Source: Fonticula alba ATCC 38817 (Eukaryota; Protista; Nucleariida). From it: a DNA stretch of 64,000 bases. This document shows positions 12,871 through 23,742 of this stretch, in pieces (positions within the stretch are counted from its first letter, which is position 1; each line of letters starts with the position of its first letter). The notes beneath the pieces were generated by a model. That model was not told the DNA's origin and did not search any database. It saw only the letters and a list, made by a program, of their open reading frames with translations. The stretch lies in assembly GCA_000388065.2 (NCBI GenBank), contig KB932207.1; one strand, given 5' to 3'. The position numbers were made by a program, and so were the translations under genes.

Positions 12871-15800
12871 CCGCCTCCCTGCCCCCCGCCCCGTGGATCC
12901 GGCAGATGTCCCAACTCAAACGTACACTTGTCATCGCTGTCATCGCAGTCGCCCGCATCGAAGTCCTCGCCGATGTCGAAGATCCAGCCGAGTTCCTCCC
13001 CGGCAAAGGCCTTCCCCGGCGAGGGCCGGTCCATGGCCCAGGCCCAATCGTGGTCGGTGCGATCGGCGCGTGGGGAATTCAACGCCGCGCCAACGCCGCC
13101 GGACCCCGGCCCCGGGCCACTGCCCGAGGCAGGGCCGAATTCGGGCGAGGCCCGGGTCAGGACCGAGTCGTTCGGGCCGGCCGGCGAGGCGGCCCCACTG
13201 GAGGCGGCCGGCCCCGGGGTACCCGGCCCCACCAGCGGCGAAGGCAGCCCCGAGGCCGGGCCGGCCGACGTGGCCGAGGCCGAACTCGGTGCCGAGAGCA
13301 TCCCCAGCTCCGAGGACCGCAACGAGTCCAGCCGCTCAAGCGTCATGTCCGGCGATGCGCCATCCAAACAGGCGATCGCCAGTTCCAGGTGGCTACCCGG
13401 GGCCGGGGAGGGCGAGTCGGATGGGAGGATGCCCGAGAGGGTGGCCGGGGCGCCAGCCAAGGTAGAAGCCGCCGGCGCGGCTGTGAGATTGGTCTCCGAG
13501 CCGGAGACGGCCGCGGTGGTGGTAGCAGCAGCAGCAGCAGCACCAGCAGCAGCAGCACCAGCAGCAGCAGCGACAGGGGCAGCGGCAGGAGTGGGGGCAG
13601 CACCGGCATTCGAAGCGGTGGCGCCAGCAGCACCAGCGCCGGCACCGGCAGTGGTGGCAGCGATGCCGACCACGGCAGGGGCCACAGGGCCGCCAATGCC
13701 GGCGGCCGCCGACCCGGGGGACGAGTCATCGGAGTGTAGGCGGCCACGCTCGTCGGCCGGCAGGAGCGACCGACCTGGGGGAATCGGAGACCCCGGGCCC
13801 GAGCCACTCGCGGCCGATGCCGGGGACAGAATGGCGAACGGCGTGCCGGCCGAGCCGAAGCCCGACCCGGCGCCCGAGGCGAAGTCCCGCGGCGAGGCGG
13901 ACATCCGCCGGCGATGAGGCGACCGGAGCTCCCCGAGATCCCAATCATCCAGATCCACCGCCTCGGCCCCGGCAAAGTGCAGCCGCACGGAGAGACGCCG
14001 ATCCGGCAGGAACACCCTCGATGCCAGGGCCTCCTGCACCAGGGCCACGGCCGACGCATGCAGGTCCAATGCCTCGAGGACCAAAATGCGCGGGGTGTGT
14101 GGCGGCGGCCAAACCCCGGCCGCCAGGCGTGCTCGAACCAGCAGCCCATGCCGCCAGGCCTCCAGCTGCCCGATGAGGTTGTCCAGCAGCCGGTCGGCTG
14201 ACGCCTCATCAGCCAGCAGGGGATACTGATGCTGGCCGCCGGAGAATTGCAGCGGATGGCTGCCATGGATTTCGGAGAGGGACCGCGCGTGGTTCGGCGC
14301 GTCGGCCAGGTGCCCGGAGCCCGAGCGGAGCTGCTGAAACCCATCCGGCGAGGAGGCCGTGCTGGAGAAGGGCGACGACAGGGCCGACGACAGGGCCGAC
14401 GACAGGGCCGACGAAAGCCCCCGGTTGGAGCCGAGCGGGTCCTGCGGGCCTGCCAGCGGACTGGCCGCCGACAGTGGCGGCGACGAGCCGGAAGGCAGCC
14501 CGGCCGGCTCGGCGGCGTACTGCTGAATCGGCGAGTCGACCGGCGCCGAGGAGGAGAGCCGCCCGGGGGCCTGCCCCGGTGGCGAGCATCCCGAGGATGG
14601 CGAACCGCCGCCCACGAACTCGGTGGACGGGTCCGGCACATCCAAGGCCGCCAGCAGGCCATCCAGAGACCCGGGCCGGCCGGCATCGCGCCCGGTCCCC
14701 GGGTAGCCGGAAAAGGAAAGAGCACGCGGAGCCGTGGAGGGGGTGCGCCGCGGCGAGGAGGGCATCCCCATGCCGGGGGCCGAGCCGAGATCCGGACACA
14801 AGCCCAGCCCCCCGGCCCGGGCCCCGGCGGTGGGAGGCCGCTGCGGCGACGCCGCGGCCGGCAGATCGTCCGGCGACACGGCCCCGCGGACCGACGTGTG
14901 CGAGCTGTCGCCAGATAGGGCCGGATCGCTGGACCCGCCGGGCAGCAGGGCCCCCCCGGCCGGCAGGGCCTTGAGGTTGGATAGCAGGGCATTTCGCGCG
15001 CGCATGGCCATGCGAACCTCGCTGCGGGGGAAGTCAGCAACATGGCGGCCGGGGTCATGCGTGGCGAGGGTGAAGCAGCACCCGGCAGCGGGTCGTGTTT
15101 CTTGTTTTTTCCTTTTGCCCCTCCCGTGTCCCGGCCCCCGTGCAATGATGACAAAAGACGCGCATGCATGTCGCCTGCGTGTGTGCATGTGTGTGTGCAT
15201 GTGTGTGTGTGTGTGTGTGTGCATGCGTGCGTGCGCAGGGAGAGAGGGAGCAAGGAGGGGGAAGGGGGGGGGGGGAGGAGGCATGCCAGGGGGCGGCTAC
15301 GTACTGGATGATCCGACTCGCATCCTGAGACACAAGCGTGGCAATGGAAAGATATTGCCCGCGGAAGCCATTCAGCACGGCCGTCACCAGTTGGTGGATA
15401 TGCTCCACGATGCGGGCCAGCAGGGCATCCGGGACCGTGTAGGCCGGCGTGGCGCCGGCCGCGGCAGTGACCCCGGCAGCGCTGGCATGCATGGGCCACA
15501 GCGACCCGGACAGGCCGAGGATGCTGGTGGAGGAGGCCGTGGCGCCGGAGGCCGTGGCACCGTTGCCGGCCCCGCCGGCCAGCGAGCTGATGTCCCCGAG
15601 ATCCGAGGAAACCGACGCCACCAGGGTCAACTCCAGGGCAGGCATGTCGGTCTCGCGTGCGGTCCCGCTCGAGTGGCGGTGGTGGTGCTGGTGCTGGTGG
15701 TGGTCCTGGTCCGGGTGCTGGTCATGATGGTGGATGTGATGGTGGATGTGATGGTGAAGGCGGGCCAGATCATCGGCCGACGAGGTGCCCGGCCCGGGGC

Positions 15801-18415
15801 CCGGGCCGCCGGTGCAGTCGGGCCCCAGGCGGTCGGCGGCCGCGGCTGCCTTCCGCCGGGCATGGTCCGCGCGATAGGTCTCCAGCTGGGCGGTGATGCG
15901 TGCCAGCAGCAGGGTAAGCGACCGGTCCGGCTGCAGGACCGACAGGTGCGACAGCGAGAAGGCCGGTGAGAGGGCACCCCCGGGGGGCAGGGCCCCGGTG
16001 GGCCCGGCATCGGTCGGGTCCGAGCCGGCCAGCGATGCCACCGACGACCCGGCCAGCAGCGAGGCATCCGACAGGGATAGCGCCTGGCCGGCCTGCGAGT
16101 CCAGCAGGGCCAGGTCCAGGGAGCCGAGGCTGTGCAAGGTCGCCCGGCGCTCCAGCAGCGTCAGGCTGATGGGCAGGTCGACCGAGGACCGCCGCCGTTG
16201 GACCTGGCTCAGGGAGTCGAGCGAGCGTTCGCGAGTCGCGGCCGCCAGGGTGGCCGCCATGCGCTCCGGCAGCAGCGAGTCCAGCGACTGGGTGGCCGTG
16301 CTGGCAGTGGTGCCTGTGGTGGCGCTGCCGTTGGCCCCGGCCAATGGGGCCCGGGGCCCGGGGGGGGCGTCACCCGGGGCGGGAGATCTGAGCATGGTGC
16401 ACTGGGTGGCCGTGCTGGCAGTGGTGCCTGTGGTGGCGCTGCCGTTGGCCCCGGCCAATGGGGCCCGGGGCCCGGGGGGGGCGTCACCCGGGGCGGGAGA
16501 TCTGAGCATGGTGCGCGACGCGGGGCGTTGGCGGGTGGTGCGTGCACGCTCCCGGTCCACCTGCTCCATGATGCTTTGGAGTTCGTCCTGCGTGTGCGTA
16601 TGTGACCGTGTGGAGAGAAAGGGGCCATAGGTGAGCATGGGCATGCGGGGAGAGGCGTGGGGCCGCCGTTCCCTCGGCCCCGGAGGCAGAGGCAAGTGGA
16701 CATTGGGCCAGGTAAGGCCGACAGATCGAACCTCAACCGAGAGCGTGCTTGAGCGTGTGCTGGGGGGGCTGGCAGGCGCAGGCGCCACCTCCGGGGCGAC
16801 CGTCAACCGGGGCAGGGTCTCGAGAGAGGTGGCGCCGGCCAGCGGTTCCAGCGCTGGCGGCAGGCCGAGATCCGAGATCATCAGGTCCTCTGTCAGGCGA
16901 AGGGGCGGGCACAGGAAGGTGAGTGCATGGGACGGGGCGTGCGTGCGTGCATGCGTGCGCCTGCATGCCAAGGCAGAGGCAGGTAGAAGGAAGGGGCGAC
17001 CGGAGGAAGAGGGACCGGAGGCAGCTGGGCTGCACCGTGCGCACCGACAAGAGACAGGCTGGAGGAGGTGCGCGAGCCGGTCGACAGGACCTCATGCGTT
17101 TGGAGGTGCACCTCGATGGAATCGGCATACAGACGAGCCTCGACCAGGTGCAACAGGTCCAGGCAGGAGAATGCCCCATCCACACAGCGGTAAAAGCTGT
17201 AAAAGTGACTGGACCCAGGCACCAGGGCACCGGGCCGTGCCTGGCCCGCTGGGACGGCCGGGTGGCCGGCCGGGCCGTGCCCGGCTCCGTGCCCGGCCCC
17301 GCTGGCAGAGGCGCCCCCCTGCCCCGAGGCAGCTGACGAGGCGGGGTAGCACGGCTGCCCGGGGCCGGGCGGCCCAGTGCGAAAGAGGGTCGAGGGATCG
17401 GTGTCGATGGTGAGGAAGGGCCGTGCCCGGGACAGGGACCGCCGAGCGGACAGCCCATTGCGCTTCATGGCCGACAGGGCGGCCTCCTTCTCGGACAGGC
17501 GCCGGGTCCCGATGCGCGGAGACCGGATCCCAGCCACGGAGGCTGCTGGACTGCCGGGGTCACCGGCGGCCGGGGCGTCGGCGGCGCCCGGGCCCGGGCT
17601 TCCCCCGGCCGCCGCCGCCGGCCACCCTTCCAACGTCAAGAGTGGGGCACAGTCCGGCGACGAGTCGCTCTGGTCCGAGGAAATCAGCGAATCCGTCGGG
17701 CTGGGAAGCTGGTGCCCGAGGGCCGCCAGCAGGGCATGCGTCAGGGCCAAGATCGAGGTGCCGTGGCATTGCCCGGGACCCGCGGCGAGGCCCCCCCCGG
17801 CGGATGCGCCGGAACCACTGATGGCCGAAGTGACCGATGAGACGGAGGAGGCGATGGACCGGTTGGACATTGCCAGGGAGGTGGGATTCGGCGAGGACAT
17901 GCGAAAGAGGGGCGCCTGGTCGACGGAGACGCTGGCGCCGCCGAATTCGATGAGCAGGCGCGCGGCATTGACCGCCCCCGCGCGCAAGGCAAGCGACAGG
18001 GCGGTGAAGCCACACGCCGACCGATGGTTCACCAGGTGCCGGAGCTGCGCCGGGACCTGCTGCGGCGGGCGGGTGAGGATGTACGGCCGGATGGCCGTCA
18101 CCCCGGACCCGGGTGGCCCCTCGACCGTGCCGGCGGTGGAGCCGGCGATGCCGGTGCCCGGCGGCGGGGGTTTCTTGTCGGCCGGCGAATGGCTCACCGG
18201 CTGGGCGCCCGGCTCGAAGGCCAGGAAAATGGTCTCGATGGCGGCCACCGAGTCCAGGATGCAGGCCTTCATCAGCAAGGAGAGCCCGGTGTCAGGGTCG
18301 ATGTGGCCGGGCCGCACGCGGCAGAGTTGGGCTGCGAAGGTCGATGACGGGGGGAAATGTCAGCACGATGGTCCGCCGAAGGGGGCGAAGCATGCCCGGG
18401 TGTTCATCGAGCGGC

Positions 18416-18466
<51 letters not shown>

Positions 18467-18929
18467 GGCGCGTGTGCGGGTGCGGGTATGCGTACCGAGC
18501 CGAGCCACATCCTCCTGGAAGAGGCGCGTGATGTCGGTGTACAGACGCTCCTCCGCGAGGCCGGCGGGGGTCTTGCCGGCGTGGTTCTTGGCAAAGGGAT
18601 TGGCCCCGAAGGCCAAGAGCAGGCGGACCAGCGACACATCGTTCTTGGCCACGGCCAGGTGGAGCGGCGTGTCGCCCTGGAGCCAAGGGGGCCGAGAGGG
18701 CGGGACGGCCACGCGAGTGTCAGGAGATGAGGCGGGCCGGGGCCGGTGTCAAGGGGGTGAAGGGAGCCGAGGCCCGGGGGAGGGGGGGGGGGGGGGGGGG
18801 GCGGGGGGACAGGCGCACCGTGGAGTTGCGCGATCCGACAACCGCCGGCGTCCAGCGGAAGACATATTGCGGATCCTCCGTCGCCGGGGCGCCGGGGCCG
18901 GTGTCCCTCGCATCGGCCGGCGGGGGCAT
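8525..18929 (-). CDS. Very large (~2,900-3,000 aa) Ras guanine-nucleotide exchange factor: N-terminal ankyrin repeats, helical/low-complexity middle, REM and CDC25 domains; about 8 exons
   Basis: Ankyrin: GDTPLHLAVAKNDVSLVRLLLAFGANPFAKNHAGKTP and GFTALSLALRAGAVNAARLLIEFG. REM: VKAGTPEALLVRLTH...FLRAFLLSYRCFMSPHQLLAALIRRY...RMRVYNTLRAW. CDC25: LAEQLALIE, APNI, NNFNAAVTIIGAL, VVPFLGVFLTDLTFIEDANPD, LVNFDK, then spliced LYQRSLE|IEPRE. Seven GT-AG introns join these in frame by hand. The start at 18929 is the least certain part. Confidence 0.88.
16287..16514. repeat. Exact tandem duplication of 114 bp (2 copies, 38 codons) inside the RasGEF coding exon
   Basis: The unit starting actgggtggccgtgctggcagtgg occurs at 16287 and 16401. 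The peptide MLRSPAPGDAPPGPRAPLAGANGSATTGTTASTATQ appears twice in the ORF. Confidence 0.9.
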
Positions 18930-21558
18930 GGCGGATGGCCGGTGGCGAAGGCCGGAGAGGAGCCACGCGAGGAGAGCGGAGGGGGGGAGGGAAAAGAGGG
19001 GGGGCTAAGGGGAAAGATCGCCGAGACACACAAACGACAGGGCCGTGCGGCGCGCGCCTGTACCAGCGGCAGCAGGAGACCAGCCTCAGTTAGAGCGCAG
19101 CTGAAGGGACAGCCGGGGCCTTGGTGCACATTGGGACATTGTGTGAGTGGCCGGCAGCATTTCGCAAGATGCATGCGTGCGTGCGTGCGTGCGTGCGTGC
19201 ATGCGTGCGGGTGTGCGGGGGGTGTCTAGGGTGCAGGGGGGACCGGGAGGGTGCACCGAAGAGCGCACCGTGGCCATGTGTCCGGGCGCGCCTATCGATT
19301 GAACCTCGGGGGAAGAGGGTCGGCCGAGGGGCCCAGGAAGCCGGGACGCGTCGGCGAGGAGGGCAAAGACGGCGTGCTTTGCCTGTGGCGCCGGTGCGTA
19401 TGCGCGCGTGTGCGCGAGGCAAGTCTCAGCTACCGGGCGCGCGCGCGCGTGCGCTTTCTCTCTCCCCCTCTCTCGGGGGCCGGGAGGGGCGCGAGCCGGG
19501 GCAGGGGGCGGGAAAGATCGCCGTGGGCGCGGATCCCGGAGGGCGACTCCTCACGCACGCTGGCAGGCCAGTATGCTTACAGGGGGAGGGAGTGATGAAA
19601 GGGGGGGAGGGACTCGCAGGGGAGGGTAGGTGGCGGGGGGGGGGAGGAGAAGGAGAGGAGGGGGATGCAGCACGGCAACGAGCCGGTCAGACGCCGGGCC
19701 AGTCCGGCTGAAATCTCGCCCGCTCGGCCGCCGGCAGGGTTGACAAGAGGCGCCGGGGGCAGGGGCCTGTGTTGGCAAGGATGCCGCTCGGGTGCGATGT
19801 TTGTCCTCGGCCCTGTGGTGTTCTTCCTAGGCTCAAGTCGCCGGTTGTGGGACGAGGTCATGGGAAAATGGCAAGCGGAACGGGGCCGGATTTCGGCAAC
19901 CCGGGGGGGGGGGATTCGGCGCGATCAGCCCCTCTCTCGCCCCACAAGCGCCCCTGCGCCGGGGCCGCCCCTTCCCCCCCCCCCCCCCCGGGGGGGAGGG
20001 AGGGGGTGTCAGCCGCAAAAAGGCCTCCCACCGATTCGGCACGCCGGCGCCTCTTCCGGGAAGCCCCCGGCCGGTCGAGGAGGTGGCCGGCGCCGACACA
20101 GGGGCCGGCCGGCGGGGGATGGCAGAGTCCGCGGCGTGCGGCGTGCGGCGTGCTTCGGCATGCTGCGCGGGGATGGGAGGCCGGGGGGGCGGGCGCGGGC
20201 GCGGGCGCGGGGGGCCGCCACCGGAGAGGATGGCCAGCCACTGCGGTCTCCTGGCACCCCATTTCCCCCCGCCCCCCCCCCCCCCCCCCCCCCCCCCGCC
20301 CCCCCCCCTCGGCGAACATGCACGCGGGGGGACGCGCGCCCAGGCCCCCAAACCAGGAATGCCCGCCGGCCNNNNNNNNNNNNNNNNNNNNNNNNNNNNN
20401 NNNNNNNNNNNNNNNNNNNNNNNNNNNNNNNNNNNNNNNNNNNNNNNNNNNNNNNNNNNNNNNNNNNNNNNNNNNNNNNNNNNNNNNNNNNNNNNNNNNN
20501 NNNNNNNNNNNNNNNNNNNNNNNNNNNNNNNNNNNNNNNNNNNNNNNNNNNNNNNNNNNNNNNNNNNNNNNNNNNNNNNNNNNNNNNNNNNNNNNNNNNN
20601 NNNNNNNNNNNNNNNNNNNNNNNNNNNNNNNNNNNNNNNNNNNNNNNNNNNNNNNNNNNNNNNNNNNNNNNNNNNNNNNNNNNNNNNNNNNNNNNNNNNN
20701 NNNNNNNNNNNNNNNNNNNNNNNNNNNNNNNNNNNNNNNNNNNNNNNNNNNNNNNNNNNNNNNNNNNNNNNNNNNNNNNNNNNNNNNNNNNNNNNNNNNN
20801 NNNNNNNNNNNNNNNNNNNNNNNNNNNNNNNNNNNNNNNNNNNNNNNNNNNNNNNNNNNNNNNNNNNNNNNNNNNNNNNNNNNNNNNNNNNNNNNNNNNN
20901 NNNNNNNNNNNNNNNNNNNNNNNNNNNNNNNNNNNNNNNNNNNNNNNNNNNNNNNNNNNNNNNNNNNNNNNNNNNNNNNNNNNNNNNNNNNNNNNNNNNN
21001 NNNNNNNNNNNNNNNNNNNNNNNNNNNNNNNNNNNNNNNNNNNNNNNNNNNNNNNNNNNNNNNNNNNNNNNNNNNNNNNNNNNNNNNNNNNNNNNNNNNN
21101 NNNNNNNNNNNNNNNNNNNNNNNNNNNNNNNNNNNNNNNNNNNNNNNNNNNNNNNNNNNNNNNNNNNNNNNNNNNNNNNNNNNNNNNNNNNNNNNNNNNN
21201 NNNNNNNNNNNNNNNNNNNNNNNNNNNNNNNNNNNNNNNNNNNNNNNNNNNNNNNNNNNNNNNNNNNNNNNNNNNNNNNNNNNNNNNNNNNNNNNNNNNN
21301 NNNNNNNNNNNNNNNNNNNNNNNNNNNNNNNNNNNNNNNNNNNNNNNNNNNNGGGGGGGGCAAAAGGGATCTTCCTCCTTCCGGCACAAGTCCTTTCGGC
21401 CTGCCCCGGAGGAGACGGCGGCCTGATAGCCGAGCCACTGCCAAGAGCCACCCGGGCGTGGCTCCGGCACTGTCCGCTGCTGAGCAGCGTCATTGTCCCC
21501 TCCCCTGCCCTCCCCTCCCCTCCCCTCCGCCTGTTGGTCTTCCTGTGTTTTCTCCCCC

Positions 21559-22026
21559 ATGCTTGCCATCGGTCTGGGTATTCTACGACCGCTGCAGGTC
21601 CCCATCGTGCGCCTGGCTCCCCTGGCCGCGGGGGCAGCTGCCAGCCGTGCCATTTGGACATGTCCGGCCGGCTCGCCGGCACGGCCTGCTCCTTTGGATG
21701 GTGCACGCTTTTCCTCATCCATGCCGGGCACTGCCCCGACTCGGCGCACCAAGTCCCCCGAGCCCACCATCCGGGCGCCGCCGCCACCTCGTAGCCCTCC
21801 GCCACCCCGCAGCCAGGTTCCCCCGCTGCCGGAAGTGCCGCTGGGCCTCCCGGCCGATAGTCCCTACCTGTCGGACTCGGATGGGGCATACTACTCCGAC
21901 TCGGCGGACTTGGATTACTATGCCGATCGGCCGACCGACCTGCCCGAGGCCGCGTATCCCGACACCGGGCCCGACGCCTTTTACTCGGCCCCCGGCTCGT
22001 ACCGCTCCTCGAGCGGGAGACACTAA
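21559..22026 (+). CDS. Hypothetical 155-aa protein: basic/hydrophobic N-terminus, Pro-rich middle, acidic Tyr-rich C-terminus
   Basis: ATG at 21559 to TAA at 22026 with strongly GC3-biased codons, e.g. SPYLSDSDGAYYSDSADLDYYADRP. No family recognised. It could be an exon of a larger gene because it is flanked by gaps. Confidence 0.55.
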   Translation: MLAIGLGILRPLQVPIVRLAPLAAGAAASRAIWTCPAGSPARPAPLDGARFSSSMPGTAPTRRTKSPEPTIRAPPPPRSPPPPRSQVPPLPEVPLGLPADSPYLSDSDGAYYSDSADLDYYADRPTDLPEAAYPDTGPDAFYSAPGSYRSSSGRH

Positions 22027-22464
22027 ACCTCCTTGCTTCCTTCCATCTGCTGTTGTCTTCCCCCCGCATGCGTGTGCGCCTCTTCGCGCCCTCACTCCTG
22101 CGAATGGTGTGCATATCTATTTTTATGTTGGTGGGTGGGTGGGTGGGTGCGTATACGCGCGCGTTTGGGTGACGCGCGCGCGGGCGAATGTGTGTCCGGA
22201 TCTCTCCCCGAGGATCAGGCCGTTCGCATCTCTGCTCGGCCCCCTCTCCGGACTTGGTCCGGGGTGGCCGGCACACGGGGTCGAGCGCCTGCGGCCCGAC
22301 GAATGCCGGGACATCTGCCGCGCGCAGTCCTTTCGGCTCGCCGGCGGCGGCGAGATCTCCTCGGTCGGCTGGTCGGCTGTGGCCGCTGGCAAGAAGGCCC
22401 TCCAGGACCTGGGGAGCGGCGGACTCTGCGCTTTCCAGACACAAAGCCCGAGAGAGAGAGCGAG

Positions 22465-22526
<62 letters not shown>

Positions 22527-23742
22527 ACACACATACAAGCCCTTGGCGCGTACGTTGGCCCATTGCCCGGGCGCCCCCTCTGATGTGCCAACGGTCGGCG
22601 CGGGACGCGATTCAGGATACAAATGGGCCGGGAACCCTCGCGCGTCGGTCGCGGTGGCCGGGCCTCGACGGTGGTGCGCGACGCCGGGCGCTGGAGCGGT
22701 TGCCAGCCGCGCGTTTCCCCCCGGCCCCTCCCCGGCCGCGGGCGTCCCCTTCAGGTGCATCCCTTCCTTGATTGTCCAGGAATGGGACGTCGCGCATACG
22801 CCGCCGGCACATTCTAGCTTGTGTGGAAGGGTTGTCGGCGTCCCCCTCCGCCGGGGGGGGGGGGGGGGGGGGGGGGCGGGTGCCGGCGGGGAGCCGGGAA
22901 GCTGCACTTTTCTGGGGCTCCCGGCACTGGGGTACAGTCGAATGTGAGCTCCAAGGACTCCCTCCACCTCCCCTCCCCTTGCCGGCCCTCGCTCTCCTGC
23001 CCCCCTCTCGCGCTCGCCGCCCCTGCTCTCCGNNNNNNNNNNNNNNNNNNNNNNNNNNNNNNNNNNNNNNNNNNNNNNNNNNNNNNNNNNNNNNNNNNNN
23101 NNNNNNNNNNNNNNNNNNNNNNNNNNNNNNNNNNNNNNNNNNNNNNNNNNNNNNNNNNNNNNNNNNNNNNNNNNNNNNNNNNNNNNNNNNNNNNNNNNNN
23201 NNNNNNNNNNNNNNNNNNNNNNNNNNNNNNNNNNNNNNNNNNNNNNNNNNNNNNNNNNNNNNNNNNNNNNNNNNNNNNNNNNNNNNNNNNNNNNNNNNNN
23301 NNNNNNNNNNNNNNNNNNNNNNNNNNNNNNNNNNNNNNNNNNNNNNNNNNNNNNNNNNNNNNNNNNNNNNNNNNNNNNNNNNNNNNNNNNNNNNNNNNNN
23401 NNNNNNNNNNNNNNNNNNNNNNNNNNNNNNNNNNNNNNNNNNNNNNNNNNNNNNNNNNNNNNNNNNNNNNNNNNNNNNNNNNNNNNNNNNNNNGCTCTGC
23501 CTGCCCCTCTGGTCAGCTTCCTGCCGATGACCATGCGCACGAGCGCACGTAGATGCGCTCACGCGCACGCGGCGCCCCCTCACACGCCATCCCCGACTCC
23601 CCTACCCCCCTACCCCCCCCCCCCCCCCCCCCCCCCTCTCGCCCGCGGTGGGCCTCCTCCGGCCCTCTTTCCTCCTTCTCTCAATGGGCGCATGTAGCAC
23701 CGCTCGCTAAGGGGCTCTCCCGAGGGCGTGCTTTGCCGAGCG

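Noticed and set aside
19665-23583. Long ORFs of 400-1,000 aa around 19.7-23.5 kb and 38.7-39.8 kb
   Set aside because: Their length comes from reading through N gaps.
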